In this document: one piece after another, positions 9,117 through 18,524 of the stretch
How the letters are laid out: the number at the start of each line of letters is the position of its first letter
Position numbering within the stretch: the first letter of the stretch is position 1
Source of the DNA: Acidaminococcales bacterium
GTDB lineage: Bacteria > Bacillota > Negativicutes > Acidaminococcales > JAISLQ01
NCBI GenBank assembly: GCA_031552765.1
Contig: JAVBME010000010.1
Span: 3,704 to 67,703, forward strand
Reading direction: 5' to 3'
DNA length: 64,000 nt
Made by a program: the position numbers and the translations under genes
Notes under the pieces: generated by a model
Told to the model about the DNA's origin: nothing
Database searches by the model: none
The model's input: only the letters and a program-made list of their open reading frames with translations

Positions 9117-11204
9117 ATGAACACTACGCGCTTAACACACACTGGCATGCCCATCCTCATCCTCTCCCTCGTTCTCCTCCTCTCCCCCGCAGCCGCTTTC
9201 GCCGCCAACTACACCGTACCCAGCCAGGCCTACCCCACTCTCAATGCCCTGTGCACAGATAGCGGCATAACCTGGCAAAACGGCGACACCATCACCATCA
9301 CAGGCTCCGACGCCTCCCTCACCGCCCCCTTTGACTTTGGCGCGGCTAGCATCACCATCTCCGGCTACGGCGGCCTCATCCGCCCATCCGTGCCCGGCAT
9401 CAGCTTTATCTCTAATTCCACCGGCAGCGTCAACATTAACGGCCTTTCCCTCCGCGGCTTTTCTTCTGGCATCAACGGCGGCGCGATTTCAGGCGCCAAC
9501 GTCACCATCTCCGGCGGCACAAACAGCTTTTACGGCAACAGCGCCACCGCATACGGCGGCGCGATTTACGGCGCCACAACCATCTCCGGCGGCTCCACCT
9601 CTTTCATCAACAACAGCGCCACAACCGGCGGCGGCGCGATCGACGGCAACACCGTAAACATCTCCGGCGGCTCCACCTCTTTCATCAACAACAGCGCCCC
9701 ATTCGGCGGCGCGATCGACGGCAACACCGTCACCATCTCCGGCGGCTCCACCTCTTTCATCAACAACAGCGCCACAACCGAAGGCGGCGCGATTTCGGGC
9801 GCCAACGTCACCATCTCCGGCGGCGCTACCTCTTTCATCAATAACAGCGCCCCATCCGGCAGCGCAATATATTCCACTGGCGGCGCCGGCATCAACATCG
9901 GGGCCTCGGCTACCATCCTCGTCGGCGCCGGCCACCGCCAGGAGATGTTGGCCGATTACTCCAACATTGCCTTCGCCGGCGCCGCCGGCCTGACCGGCGA
10001 CCCCACCGGCCGGCTGGCTGTAGGCCAGACCTATACGGCCCTTAGCCTGAACGCTGGCGGCAGCATCACCACCGCCGGCAGCAATGTCACGCAGTCTTCC
10101 GGCACAGTAATAGTAGGCGCTTTTGACTATGCCTATACAGGCCTTGCCTGGGGAACGCTGTACAATGGCAATAAATCCCAGGATCTTACCTTCACGGTCG
10201 CCGGCGCCTCCTTCAACCCCCTGACCGGCGGCGGCTACGCGGTGGATGCCGCACAGCGGATGTCCTTGTCCAACCCCTTCGCCTCCTCCGTCTTCAGCAG
10301 GCAAAACGGCCTGTTTCACCTCCTGCAAAACCAGGCCGCGGCTAACGCGCAGGGCGTGAACCATTTCGCCGATATTTCCGATACTTCCTACCACTCCCGC
10401 CTGTGGGCGGCGCCTTTTGCCAGCCACACCAACCTTGACGCTGACGGCAAATACGCCTCCGGTCGGGTGAACAACGCCGGCTTCGTACTCGGCTATGATA
10501 CCAAGACCTCCGACAACTCCTTCCTCGGCGGCGCTGTAGCCGCCGCCTGGCCGGACTATGAGCGCGGCGGCCTCTCCGCCGACGGCACGGACATCCGCCT
10601 GGCTATCTACGGCGGCTCGCAGATAGGCAAATTCCAGCTTGGCTACCTTATGGCCTACGGCTGGGGCGACTTTGACCAGACCCGCCGCATCTACGGCGAC
10701 AGCTACAACTCATCCTACGACGCCAACCCTTTCTCGCTGGCCGTCAAACTGGCCCGGCCGCTGGACATGAAAAACCAGTCCGTGGTAAAACCCTTTATCG
10801 GTTATGAGCTCTTGTCTGTCCGGACGGACGGCTACGCGGAGGCGGCGGGCGCAGGTACAGGCCTTTACGCTCTTAGCTTCGGCGGCCACACAGATACCCT
10901 GCACCGGGTGACGCTCGGCCTCGAGTGGGAAAAGCGCCGCGAGAACAACAGCCTCAACGCCTCTATCTTCTACCTCGGCCAGTTTGGCGACAAAACCGCC
11001 GAGACGACGGCCTACTTCACCTCCGACCCGGCCAACCCCTTCAATAGCGTCTCCACCCCGCTCGACAGCTCCAGCGTCGGCCTTTCCCTGGGCGCACAGT
11101 GGGCGCTGTCGAAAAACACCGAGCTTGGCCTCTCCTATACCGGCATCTTCGGCAGTAAAAGCAACAGCCAGAACTTTGATCTGAATTTTATTTATAAATT
11201 TTAA
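9117..11204 (+). CDS. Type Va autotransporter with polymorphic-membrane-protein (Pmp) type GGAI/FxxN repeats
   Basis: Signal peptide ending AAAFA. Five tandem ISGGSTSFINNSAT-GGAIDG units. C-terminal about 280 aa alternates beta-strand-like segments and ends FDLNFIYKF (aromatic terminus of an OMP). GAGGAGG RBS. Confidence 0.8.
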   Translation: MNTTRLTHTGMPILILSLVLLLSPAAAFAANYTVPSQAYPTLNALCTDSGITWQNGDTITITGSDASLTAPFDFGAASITISGYGGLIRPSVPGISFISNSTGSVNINGLSLRGFSSGINGGAISGANVTISGGTNSFYGNSATAYGGAIYGATTISGGSTSFINNSATTGGGAIDGNTVNISGGSTSFINNSAPFGGAIDGNTVTISGGSTSFINNSATTEGGAISGANVTISGGATSFINNSAPSGSAIYSTGGAGINIGASATILVGAGHRQEMLADYSNIAFAGAAGLTGDPTGRLAVGQTYTALSLNAGGSITTAGSNVTQSSGTVIVGAFDYAYTGLAWGTLYNGNKSQDLTFTVAGASFNPLTGGGYAVDAAQRMSLSNPFASSVFSRQNGLFHLLQNQAAANAQGVNHFADISDTSYHSRLWAAPFASHTNLDADGKYASGRVNNAGFVLGYDTKTSDNSFLGGAVAAAWPDYERGGLSADGTDIRLAIYGGSQIGKFQLGYLMAYGWGDFDQTRRIYGDSYNSSYDANPFSLAVKLARPLDMKNQSVVKPFIGYELLSVRTDGYAEAAGAGTGLYALSFGGHTDTLHRVTLGLEWEKRRENNSLNASIFYLGQFGDKTAETTAYFTSDPANPFNSVSTPLDSSSVGLSLGAQWALSKNTELGLSYTGIFGSKSNSQNFDLNFIYKF
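9480..9870 (+). repeat. Five tandem 75/78-bp coding repeats inside the autotransporter passenger
   Basis: The core atctccggcgg(c)tccacctctttcatcaacaacagcgcc recurs at 9507, 9582, 9660, 9735 and 9813. Confidence 0.85.
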
Positions 11205-11210
11205 AAATAC

Positions 11211-11233
11211 AGGGGCGCACAACGTGCGCCCCT
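11211..11233. terminator. Bidirectional rho-independent terminator
   Basis: aggggcgcac-aac-gtgcgcccct, flanked by an A-run and a T/A-run, between convergent genes. Confidence 0.65.
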
Positions 11234-11241
11234 CGAAAAAA

Positions 11242-12498
11242 TTATCGTTCATCCAAAAGCAAAACCGTGTTCAGCAATACATCGCCGGCTTTAACCATGT
11301 CTTTTATATCGCTGTGTTCTTCCGGGCAATGGCTTTTGCCGCCGGCGCTGCGCACAAACAGCATGCCGGCAGCCGTAAGGCCGGCCATATGTACCGCGTC
11401 GTGCCCGGCCATACTGCCGAGCGCCAGGCATTTTTCGCCCATTTTGCCCAATACCTCTTCCATGGCGCCTGTCACCCCGCCATCCAGCCAAACGCCCGGC
11501 TGATCCAAAACTACCCGGCGGTTGACCCTGACCCCACGTTCTTTTTCTATTTCCTTTTGCGCGGCGGCCAAATCTGCCAGCACCTCACCGACCTTCTCCC
11601 GCTCTATGCATCTTATCTCCATGGTCAGCTCAGCCTGTCCGGGTATGATGTTGACGGCATTGGGCGAGATGGCAAATTCCCCGATAGTGCCGACGATATC
11701 CTCCCGTCCGCTGCCTCTGACCGCCTGTTCAAAAGCCAGGCCAAAAGCCGCGGCCGCCATAAGAGCGTCATGCCGGTCGGGCATCATGGTGGTACCGGCA
11801 TGATTGGGCTCGCCTTCTACCAGCACATGCTCGCGGTAAATGCTGGTTATCCAGTCGACCGTGGCCAAAGCGGCGCCTGCCTTTTCCAGCCGGGCCCCCT
11901 GCTCGATATGGCACTCGAGAAAAGCCTTGAAAGCGCCTTTTTCTACGCGCGCGCTATCCAGTTCCGCCAGGTTGCCGCCCGCCCGCGCTAAAGCCGCGGA
12001 GAGGCTGAGGCCGCTGTCCGGGTCGGCCGCCTCTATAAGACTGGCGCCGCGCAGTTTGCCGCTGGCGCTGCGGCTGCCAAAGGTAGACAGGCCAAATACA
12101 TTGGGCTCTTCCGCGGTAAAAGACACCACTGTAAAAGGATGGCGCAGTTTTAGGCCGCTCTCTTTTATACACTGCGCTATTTCCACCGCCAAAAGGACGC
12201 CTAGCGCGCCGTCATATTTGCCGCCGTTCGGGACAGTGTCATGGTGCGAACCGACTGCGATAGCGGGACGCCCGCTCTGGCCGCCGACGGTGGCCCAGAT
12301 ATTCGCCGCCGCGTCTATACTGACCGCCGCTCCTATCTCTTTTTCTAAGAGGCCGATAAGGTATTGGCGTGCCGCCAATTCGGCTTTAGTGCCAAAACCT
12401 CGGTCCAGGCCGCCGGCCCCGTTCAGGCCGAAAGCGGCCAGTTCATCAAGCCGTCGCGCCAGCCTTTCGCCGTTTATCCGCCACAAGCCTTTTTGCAT
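11242..12498 (-). CDS. M20 family Zn-amidohydrolase, N-carbamoyl-L-amino acid hydrolase / allantoate amidohydrolase type
   Basis: INGERL...ELA N-terminus and the SHHDTVPNGGKYDGALGV motif. Start placed at ATG 12498 (AGGAGAAG RBS) rather than the listed 12543. Confidence 0.85.
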   Translation of the reverse strand: MQKGLWRINGERLARRLDELAAFGLNGAGGLDRGFGTKAELAARQYLIGLLEKEIGAAVSIDAAANIWATVGGQSGRPAIAVGSHHDTVPNGGKYDGALGVLLAVEIAQCIKESGLKLRHPFTVVSFTAEEPNVFGLSTFGSRSASGKLRGASLIEAADPDSGLSLSAALARAGGNLAELDSARVEKGAFKAFLECHIEQGARLEKAGAALATVDWITSIYREHVLVEGEPNHAGTTMMPDRHDALMAAAAFGLAFEQAVRGSGREDIVGTIGEFAISPNAVNIIPGQAELTMEIRCIEREKVGEVLADLAAAQKEIEKERGVRVNRRVVLDQPGVWLDGGVTGAMEEVLGKMGEKCLALGSMAGHDAVHMAGLTAAGMLFVRSAGGKSHCPEEHSDIKDMVKAGDVLLNTVLLLDER

Positions 12499-12514
12499 GA
12501 TAGCTTCTCCTATT

Positions 12515-13333
12515 TTAGCGTTGTTGTTTGACAAGTTCGCCATAACTGCCCGGCCGCCGGTCGCGAAATACGTGGATAAGGTCGCGTATGGCCTGCGTCT
12601 GCGTAAAATCCACCGCGCCGGTCACTATCTCTTCCTCACCGCCGCCTTCGGCGATTATCTCACCCCAGGGGTCGATAATGAGCGAATGGCCAAAATATGT
12701 GCCCATAGGACTCGACCCTACCCGGTTGCAGGCGACCACAAACATCTGGTTTTCGATCGCCCGGGCGGTAAGAAGGGTCTTCCAGTGGTACAGCCGCGGG
12801 TCGGGGAAATCAGACACCACTATAAGCGCGTCCGCCCCCTTGAGGGCGTAAGTGCGCGACAGTTCGGCAAAACGTATATCGTAACAGATCATAAAGCCGA
12901 ATTTGCCCAGTTCGGTATCGTATACCTCCGTCTTTGTCCCGTGCAAAAAGGGCACATGCTCGTCCATGTCGCTATACAGGTGCATTTTGCTGTAGTCGCC
13001 CACTATCTCGCCCTGGCGGTTTATAAGGAAAGTAGTGTTGCGCATGCCGTCCGGGAATTTGGTGGCGACCGAGCCGGCCACTATCCATACATCATGCTGC
13101 TTGGCGCACTCTTTCAGCACGCTTACAGATGGGCCGTCAAGCGGCTCCACATGTTTTTCCATTTCGTGGAACATCTTGTCGGAAAAACCACAGCTCCAGT
13201 CTTCCGGCAAGAGGAGCATATCCGGCCGGGCGGGCGCCGCCATCGCCTCGGCGATAAGCTCCCGGGCCCGCTTAAAGTTGTACTGGGGGTCGCAGAATTT
13301 TATATCCGTCTGCAACATAGCGATATTTACCAT
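12515..13333 (-). CDS. Carbon-nitrogen hydrolase (nitrilase superfamily) amidase
   Basis: Glu-Lys-Cys triad context: LLLPEDW, KMHLY, FMICYDIRFAE. Confidence 0.85.
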   Translation of the reverse strand: MVNIAMLQTDIKFCDPQYNFKRARELIAEAMAAPARPDMLLLPEDWSCGFSDKMFHEMEKHVEPLDGPSVSVLKECAKQHDVWIVAGSVATKFPDGMRNTTFLINRQGEIVGDYSKMHLYSDMDEHVPFLHGTKTEVYDTELGKFGFMICYDIRFAELSRTYALKGADALIVVSDFPDPRLYHWKTLLTARAIENQMFVVACNRVGSSPMGTYFGHSLIIDPWGEIIAEGGGEEEIVTGAVDFTQTQAIRDLIHVFRDRRPGSYGELVKQQR

Positions 13334-13345
13334 AACTACCGCCTC

Positions 13346-14650
13346 CTACATCACATAAATTAGCGACCTGATAAGCACATAGACGATGGCCATCGCCGTT
13401 ATCACCCAGCCGCTCAACAGGATGGATTTTAAGTCGGTGGAACGGGCCAGGCCCATTGAGCCAACGTTGTCCACTGTCGGGAAACAGAAAAAGGTTATCT
13501 GGCAGCCGACCAGCACCACCAACGACCAGATGCCCATGTCGATGCTAAGCGCCGCCACCGTCGGCAAAAACAGGTCGTGTATGACCTTGGCCTGGGCCAC
13601 GCCGGCGCCGGATATGCCAAAAACGCCGATAAGTGTCGCCACCATGAGGAACATCACCTTGCCGCCCATGTCCACCAGCGGTTTCATATAGTCGGCCAGC
13701 GCGGTGAACGCGCCGGATTCGGTAACAAAATTGAGGAAAGGGTCGAACAGGATGAACATAAAAAACATCCAATAAAACTTCGAACTGCCCTTGATGACCG
13801 TCGCCAGTATGTCCACAAACTTCATGCCGGCGGCTTTGCCGGTAATGAGCGCGGCAAACAGCATGACCAAAATGGCGTAGGAAACCCCGGCCTTCATCGC
13901 TATGCCGTAAACCAGCATGGCGGCCATTGTACCAAGGAAAGCAAAAGTAGCCCGTTTAATCTCCGGCGTCAGTTCAAAATCCTTCGTGCCGGCTATATCT
14001 TCTTCATTATAAGACACTTTTCCTTCCGTCCGTTTCTGGATCCAGACCGCCGTATAATAAGTGCCTACCCACACGATGATGGCCAGCGGGATACCCGCCT
14101 GGATAAGGTATTCCGGGTAGGATATCTTGGTAAGGCCGATGATGGTCAGTACCGGCGGCACAAACGGCCCAAGGAAAAGGCCGGTGGCCGCGCCGCCGTG
14201 CAATATTATGCCCACAACGCTTGGCGTGACGCCAAGGCTGGCCAGTATCGGCAAAAGTATCGGCGCGAGGATAGCATTGGAGCCGGCCAGCGTGCCCAGC
14301 ACGGAAACCAGCAGGGTACAGGTGAACATAGCCACAAGGTAGCCCTGCGACTTGGTTCTGACCTTAAATTTGTTTATTACCATATAGACGATGTTGTGCG
14401 CCACTTTAGTGTGTACAAGCACTTCGCCCAGGCCCGCGCCGGTTATGATGACAAAACCGATAAGCGCCAGGAAGGAGGACAAGGCCGCTTGAAAGGCCGC
14501 CCCCAGGGCGATGAGCGATTTACCTGTCAGCACCGCGCCCAAAATGACGCATAGCAGCACGGAAAAATTCATATCTTTGCCTTTGAGCATCAGCCAAATG
14601 TACAAAAGCAGCGGGAGAAAACCCAAAATTGCCGGCAAACCAAAAATCAT
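13346..14650 (-). CDS. Ion-transporter-superfamily permease (GntP/NhaC-like)
   Basis: 434 aa with about 12 TM segments. ITGAGLGEVL resembles the GntP-type hairpin motif. The exact family is not resolved by eye. Confidence 0.6.
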   Translation of the reverse strand: MIFGLPAILGFLPLLLYIWLMLKGKDMNFSVLLCVILGAVLTGKSLIALGAAFQAALSSFLALIGFVIITGAGLGEVLVHTKVAHNIVYMVINKFKVRTKSQGYLVAMFTCTLLVSVLGTLAGSNAILAPILLPILASLGVTPSVVGIILHGGAATGLFLGPFVPPVLTIIGLTKISYPEYLIQAGIPLAIIVWVGTYYTAVWIQKRTEGKVSYNEEDIAGTKDFELTPEIKRATFAFLGTMAAMLVYGIAMKAGVSYAILVMLFAALITGKAAGMKFVDILATVIKGSSKFYWMFFMFILFDPFLNFVTESGAFTALADYMKPLVDMGGKVMFLMVATLIGVFGISGAGVAQAKVIHDLFLPTVAALSIDMGIWSLVVLVGCQITFFCFPTVDNVGSMGLARSTDLKSILLSGWVITAMAIVYVLIRSLIYVM

Positions 14651-14743
14651 AATACCACCCCTTAATACAGTATCACTCCCAACAGAAAGAGCCTGAAAAA
14701 ACCAAAAACTTCAGCATCCCCCCTCATATAACCGGCTAAAACG

Positions 14744-15619
14744 CTAATCGAATTTTTTATAATAGCAGCGGGCCGCTGTTTCCAGCTCTTCCAACCGGGC
14801 CAAGCGTTTAGCGAGCCCTTTGGTGTTTTTAGCCACGTCGCGCAGCAGCAGGTTGAAAAACAAAAGCGGCGTGCTGTAAATATCAAAAATTGAGGAAACC
14901 GTTATCGGCACCACCAGGCACGGCTTGCCAAAAGAAGCCAGCGGCGACATGGCCGAATCGGTAACCGCCGCGATATCAAACCCCGCCGCCTTAAGTTCCT
15001 CCAGCTTTTCCACCAGCGCCCGCGGGTAACGGGGAAAGGCCACTGCCAGCACCAGCGTGTTTTTCGCCTCAGCCAGAGGCAAAATATCCCAGCTCAGCTG
15101 CCCCGGCGTAAGCTGTACAACGTCGCCCCTTATCTTGCCCAGGACATAGGCGACATAAGGCAGCAAAGTGGCCGACATGCGGGCCGACAGCAAAACCACG
15201 CGCTGCGCTTTGGCGATTTTATCCACCAGTTCCTGATAGGCCGGCTGCGCAAGCACACGCGGCAGGCTGTTTATATTCTCTTGCTCCATCTGCAATATGC
15301 TTCTTACATGTTCGCTATTTTTGTCGCCGGCAAAATATTCCAGCCTTTGCGGCGCTGTTATTTCTTTGCCCACCATTTTTTGCAAAGCCTGCAAAAAATC
15401 ATTGAACCCTTTATAGCCAAGAGCCGCACAAAAACGCGACACACTGCCCTGGCTGACCCCCACCTCGGCAGCCATGGCCGCGGCGGTCATGAACAGTACC
15501 TTCATGTGGTTTCCTTCTAGGTAACGCGCTATTTTTTCATACGTAGGCGTTTCACCGGCCAACGCGCCCATCCTTGCCAGCAATCCGGCTAAATCACGCT
15601 TTTCCACTGCCTCTGCCAA
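14744..15619 (-). CDS. MurR/RpiR family transcriptional regulator (HTH_6 + SIS domain)
   Basis: N-terminal HTH (AAEVGVSQGSVSRFCAALGYKGFNDF) and a SIS sugar-phosphate-binding-like domain. TTG start with GGAGGT 7 nt upstream. Confidence 0.85.
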   Translation of the reverse strand: MAEAVEKRDLAGLLARMGALAGETPTYEKIARYLEGNHMKVLFMTAAAMAAEVGVSQGSVSRFCAALGYKGFNDFLQALQKMVGKEITAPQRLEYFAGDKNSEHVRSILQMEQENINSLPRVLAQPAYQELVDKIAKAQRVVLLSARMSATLLPYVAYVLGKIRGDVVQLTPGQLSWDILPLAEAKNTLVLAVAFPRYPRALVEKLEELKAAGFDIAAVTDSAMSPLASFGKPCLVVPITVSSIFDIYSTPLLFFNLLLRDVAKNTKGLAKRLARLEELETAARCYYKKFD

Positions 15620-15823
15620 AAAAGTTACCTCCTTTTAAATTAATGAAACCATTCTTTTCGTAATAAAAATTGATGAAATCATTCTTTAAACGGTAAAAAA
15701 ATAGCCCTGCGCACAGGAAGACTTTTCTTTTTTTAAAAATAACATAATCTCGGCAAATTTGTCAATCTCCATACGCAAATAAATGCAGATTTATTTGATA
15801 TTTTAGCAAAATAAAAACCATCA

Positions 15824-15850
15824 GGCGGGATGCGTATAACGCATCCCGCC
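15824..15850 (-). terminator. Rho-independent terminator of the permease/peptidase operon
   Basis: ggcgggatgcg-tataa-cgcatcccgcc, followed on the - strand by a U-rich tract (tggtttttatttt). Confidence 0.65.
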
Positions 15851-15861
15851 CGCAACCAGAC

Positions 15862-16980
15862 CTATTTCCCCGCCGCTGTTTTCACTATCTCCAGCACCCA
15901 GGCGGCAGCGTCATATAAATCTTTTTCCAATATATATTCTTCCTTGGTATGTACATTGGCCATGCCCACGCCAAGCACTGCGCACGGCACGCCGTAAGTA
16001 TTGAAAAAGTTGGCGTCGCTGCCGCCGCCGGTACCGGTGACCGACACCGGCAGGCCGAGTTTTTCCGCCGCCGCGGCCGCCAGTTTGATGGCAGGCAGGT
16101 CGTTGGGCAGTTTATAGGGCGAGTAGGCTTTTTTAACTTCGACATCCACCGTCACGCCTTCGGCTGCCGCCCCATCTTTAAATACACGGCAGAAATCCAC
16201 CGTCAGTTTGTCTAGTTTTTCCTGTACCAGGCTGCGCGTTTCTGCGGTTATCTCCACCAGGTCGGGCACTACGTTGGTCGCAGTACCGCCCTTTATGACG
16301 CCCACGTTGCAGGTGGTCTCCTCGTCCACCCGGCCCGGCGGCAGTTTTGCCATTATTTTACCGGCAACCACAATGGCGTTTATCCCCTTTTCCGGCGCCA
16401 AGCCGGCGTGCGCCGTTTTGCCGTGCACCTTCACCAACACTTTATTTTGCCCCGGCGCGGCGTTTATTATCTTGCCCGGGCTGCCGCTGGAATCGAGCGC
16501 ATAACCAAAATCCGCTTTGAGCAGCTCTTTATCCATGTTTTTCGAGCCGTTTACCCCGCCTTCTTCGGCAACAGTAAATACCACCTGTATAGCGCCGTGC
16601 GGCATATTATTTTCTTTTAACACCCGTAGAGTTTCCAGTATGGCTACCACCCCGGCCTTGTCGTCCGCGCCAAGCACGGTCGTGCCGTCCGACTTTATCA
16701 CGCCGTCTTTAAGCACCGGTTTGATACCGGCGCACGGCTCCACGCAATCCATATGCGCGGACAGCATTATAGTAGGCGCCTCAGTGTTTCCGGGGAAATT
16801 AGCGACAAGGTTGCCGCAGTTGCCGCCGATACGCTCGCCCGCTTTGTCCTCCGTGACTGTACAGCCAAGCTCGCCCAGGCGTCTGGCCAAAAGGTCGCCT
16901 ATTTCCCGTTCCTGCCTGCTTGTGCAAGTAACCCCGACAAGTTCGAAGAACTCTTCCAGCACTCTTTTTTTGTCTATCAT
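15862..16980 (-). CDS. M20 family peptidase, PepT-like tripeptidase type
   Basis: 372 aa. HMDCVEP, GADDKAG and EEGG motifs of M20B/PepT-like enzymes. Confidence 0.8.
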   Translation of the reverse strand: MIDKKRVLEEFFELVGVTCTSRQEREIGDLLARRLGELGCTVTEDKAGERIGGNCGNLVANFPGNTEAPTIMLSAHMDCVEPCAGIKPVLKDGVIKSDGTTVLGADDKAGVVAILETLRVLKENNMPHGAIQVVFTVAEEGGVNGSKNMDKELLKADFGYALDSSGSPGKIINAAPGQNKVLVKVHGKTAHAGLAPEKGINAIVVAGKIMAKLPPGRVDEETTCNVGVIKGGTATNVVPDLVEITAETRSLVQEKLDKLTVDFCRVFKDGAAAEGVTVDVEVKKAYSPYKLPNDLPAIKLAAAAAEKLGLPVSVTGTGGGSDANFFNTYGVPCAVLGVGMANVHTKEEYILEKDLYDAAAWVLEIVKTAAGK

Positions 16981-17002
16981 GCCAAGAAACTCCTTTCCTT
17001 CA

Positions 17003-18283
17003 TCAAAATACTAACATAAATGTTATCACGCCAAGAAGCATGGGTAAAGCGTTGCGTTTGGCCAAATCCATCGGGTTGGCGCCGGCCAGTTGCGCGCAAA
17101 TGATGGCCGCCCCGGCTACCGGCGACATGGAGCGTCCAATAGCGCCGGTCATCTGCGCCATAGAACCCAGATCCATTATGCTCATGCCGAACTGGGCCGC
17201 ATGCGGCGTTATAGCGCCGTTAAAAGCGAGCGCCGCCGCGTCGCCAGAGCCGGAAAGTATGGCGATAATGAACGGGCCGAAAGCGCCGGCCAGCTTGGCC
17301 ACAGACTCCGAGCCTTTCATTATCTCGATAAGTGCTTTGGTCAGGCCGATGGTCTGCATACCCTGCGTAAATACCGCCGCCGCTATAATAAGGCCGATAA
17401 CCCCGGCATAAGCGCTGCCCATGCCTTCAAAAAACTGTTTGGTCACTTCCTGCGGGTTTGCCAAAGACACTATGATAGCCAACACGCTGCCGATGAGCAT
17501 AGCAGCCTGTACTGTAACGGCCGGCGTCAGGCCGAGCTGTTTGCTGCCGGTGACTAAAAGAACCAGCGGCACCATGGGAATTATCGCCTTGATGAAATTG
17601 ACGCCCTTGTGCTGCTCATCCGCGCCCTCCACCGCTTTGGCTCGTTCGGCGCTCGGCCCTTCTTTTTTGAAGATGGATATGGCCGTCAAAGCCAATACCA
17701 CTACCAAAGAGGCGCCGATAGCAGCCGGCGTCTCATTGGCGATAACTGTCATGACGTCGACATTGGCCAGTTTGGCGACAAAAGGATTGTGCGAAGTACC
17801 CGGGCTTATCGCGCTGCCCCAGGTTCCGGCCAGCACCGCGCTGCCTGCCATGGCCGGGTGTACGCCCGCGCTGATGAGCGTCGGAATGAGGATAGCGCCC
17901 ACCGCCGCGGCACAGCCGGCTGCGCTGGGAATGGCAATGTTTATCCACCAGGTTATCAGTATAGCCATAGGTATAAGGATAATCTTAAACTTCGTTATCA
18001 CTGATGATATGGAAGTAACAAGATGTTTGTCACATTCGGTATACTTCATGACAAAAGAAAAACCCATTACCGAGCAGATAGTGGGTACGAGGGTGGCATG
18101 CACCATGGTATTGGAAAATCCGGTCATCGCGGCGCTGAGGTTCCCGCCGGCAAAACACATCAGGGCCCCGGCGGCGAACAGCACCATACGCGCTTCATAG
18201 CGCTTGATAATAGCCGCAAAAGCGGCAATGACAATTACCAGGCCGAGCACAGTCATCATAAAATACCAACTCCATTTCTTCAT
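17003..18283 (-). CDS. DcuC-family (anaerobic C4-dicarboxylate carrier-like) permease
   Basis: 426 aa polytopic protein whose N-terminal organisation resembles DcuC family carriers. Co-transcribed with the PepT-like gene (22-nt gap). Confidence 0.6.
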   Translation of the reverse strand: MKKWSWYFMMTVLGLVIVIAAFAAIIKRYEARMVLFAAGALMCFAGGNLSAAMTGFSNTMVHATLVPTICSVMGFSFVMKYTECDKHLVTSISSVITKFKIILIPMAILITWWINIAIPSAAGCAAAVGAILIPTLISAGVHPAMAGSAVLAGTWGSAISPGTSHNPFVAKLANVDVMTVIANETPAAIGASLVVVLALTAISIFKKEGPSAERAKAVEGADEQHKGVNFIKAIIPMVPLVLLVTGSKQLGLTPAVTVQAAMLIGSVLAIIVSLANPQEVTKQFFEGMGSAYAGVIGLIIAAAVFTQGMQTIGLTKALIEIMKGSESVAKLAGAFGPFIIAILSGSGDAAALAFNGAITPHAAQFGMSIMDLGSMAQMTGAIGRSMSPVAGAAIICAQLAGANPMDLAKRNALPMLLGVITFMLVF

Positions 18284-18524
18284 TTGTTTATATCATTCCG
18301 CTGTTGGCCGGCAGCGAAAGATAACAAAAACAGATATCAGAAATCATTTTTATTGATTGGTTTTGTAGTTTGATTATAACACAAATCTGCCGGCGCGTTG
18401 AGCAATCTTTGCAAAAACGGCAGTTGCAAGAAAATACATCCGCCAATCCTTTTTTTCTCCGAATTGCCATACTTAATCAGTCTATGCTATCATTTAAACA
18501 TAGACTAAATGGAGGTGTGCCACC

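Noticed and set aside
9480-9870. CRISPR-like array, suggested by regular ~75-78-bp periodicity
   Set aside because: The whole period is repeated, so there are no unique spacers. The tract is in frame inside a coding sequence and encodes Pmp-type protein repeats, and there are no cas genes.
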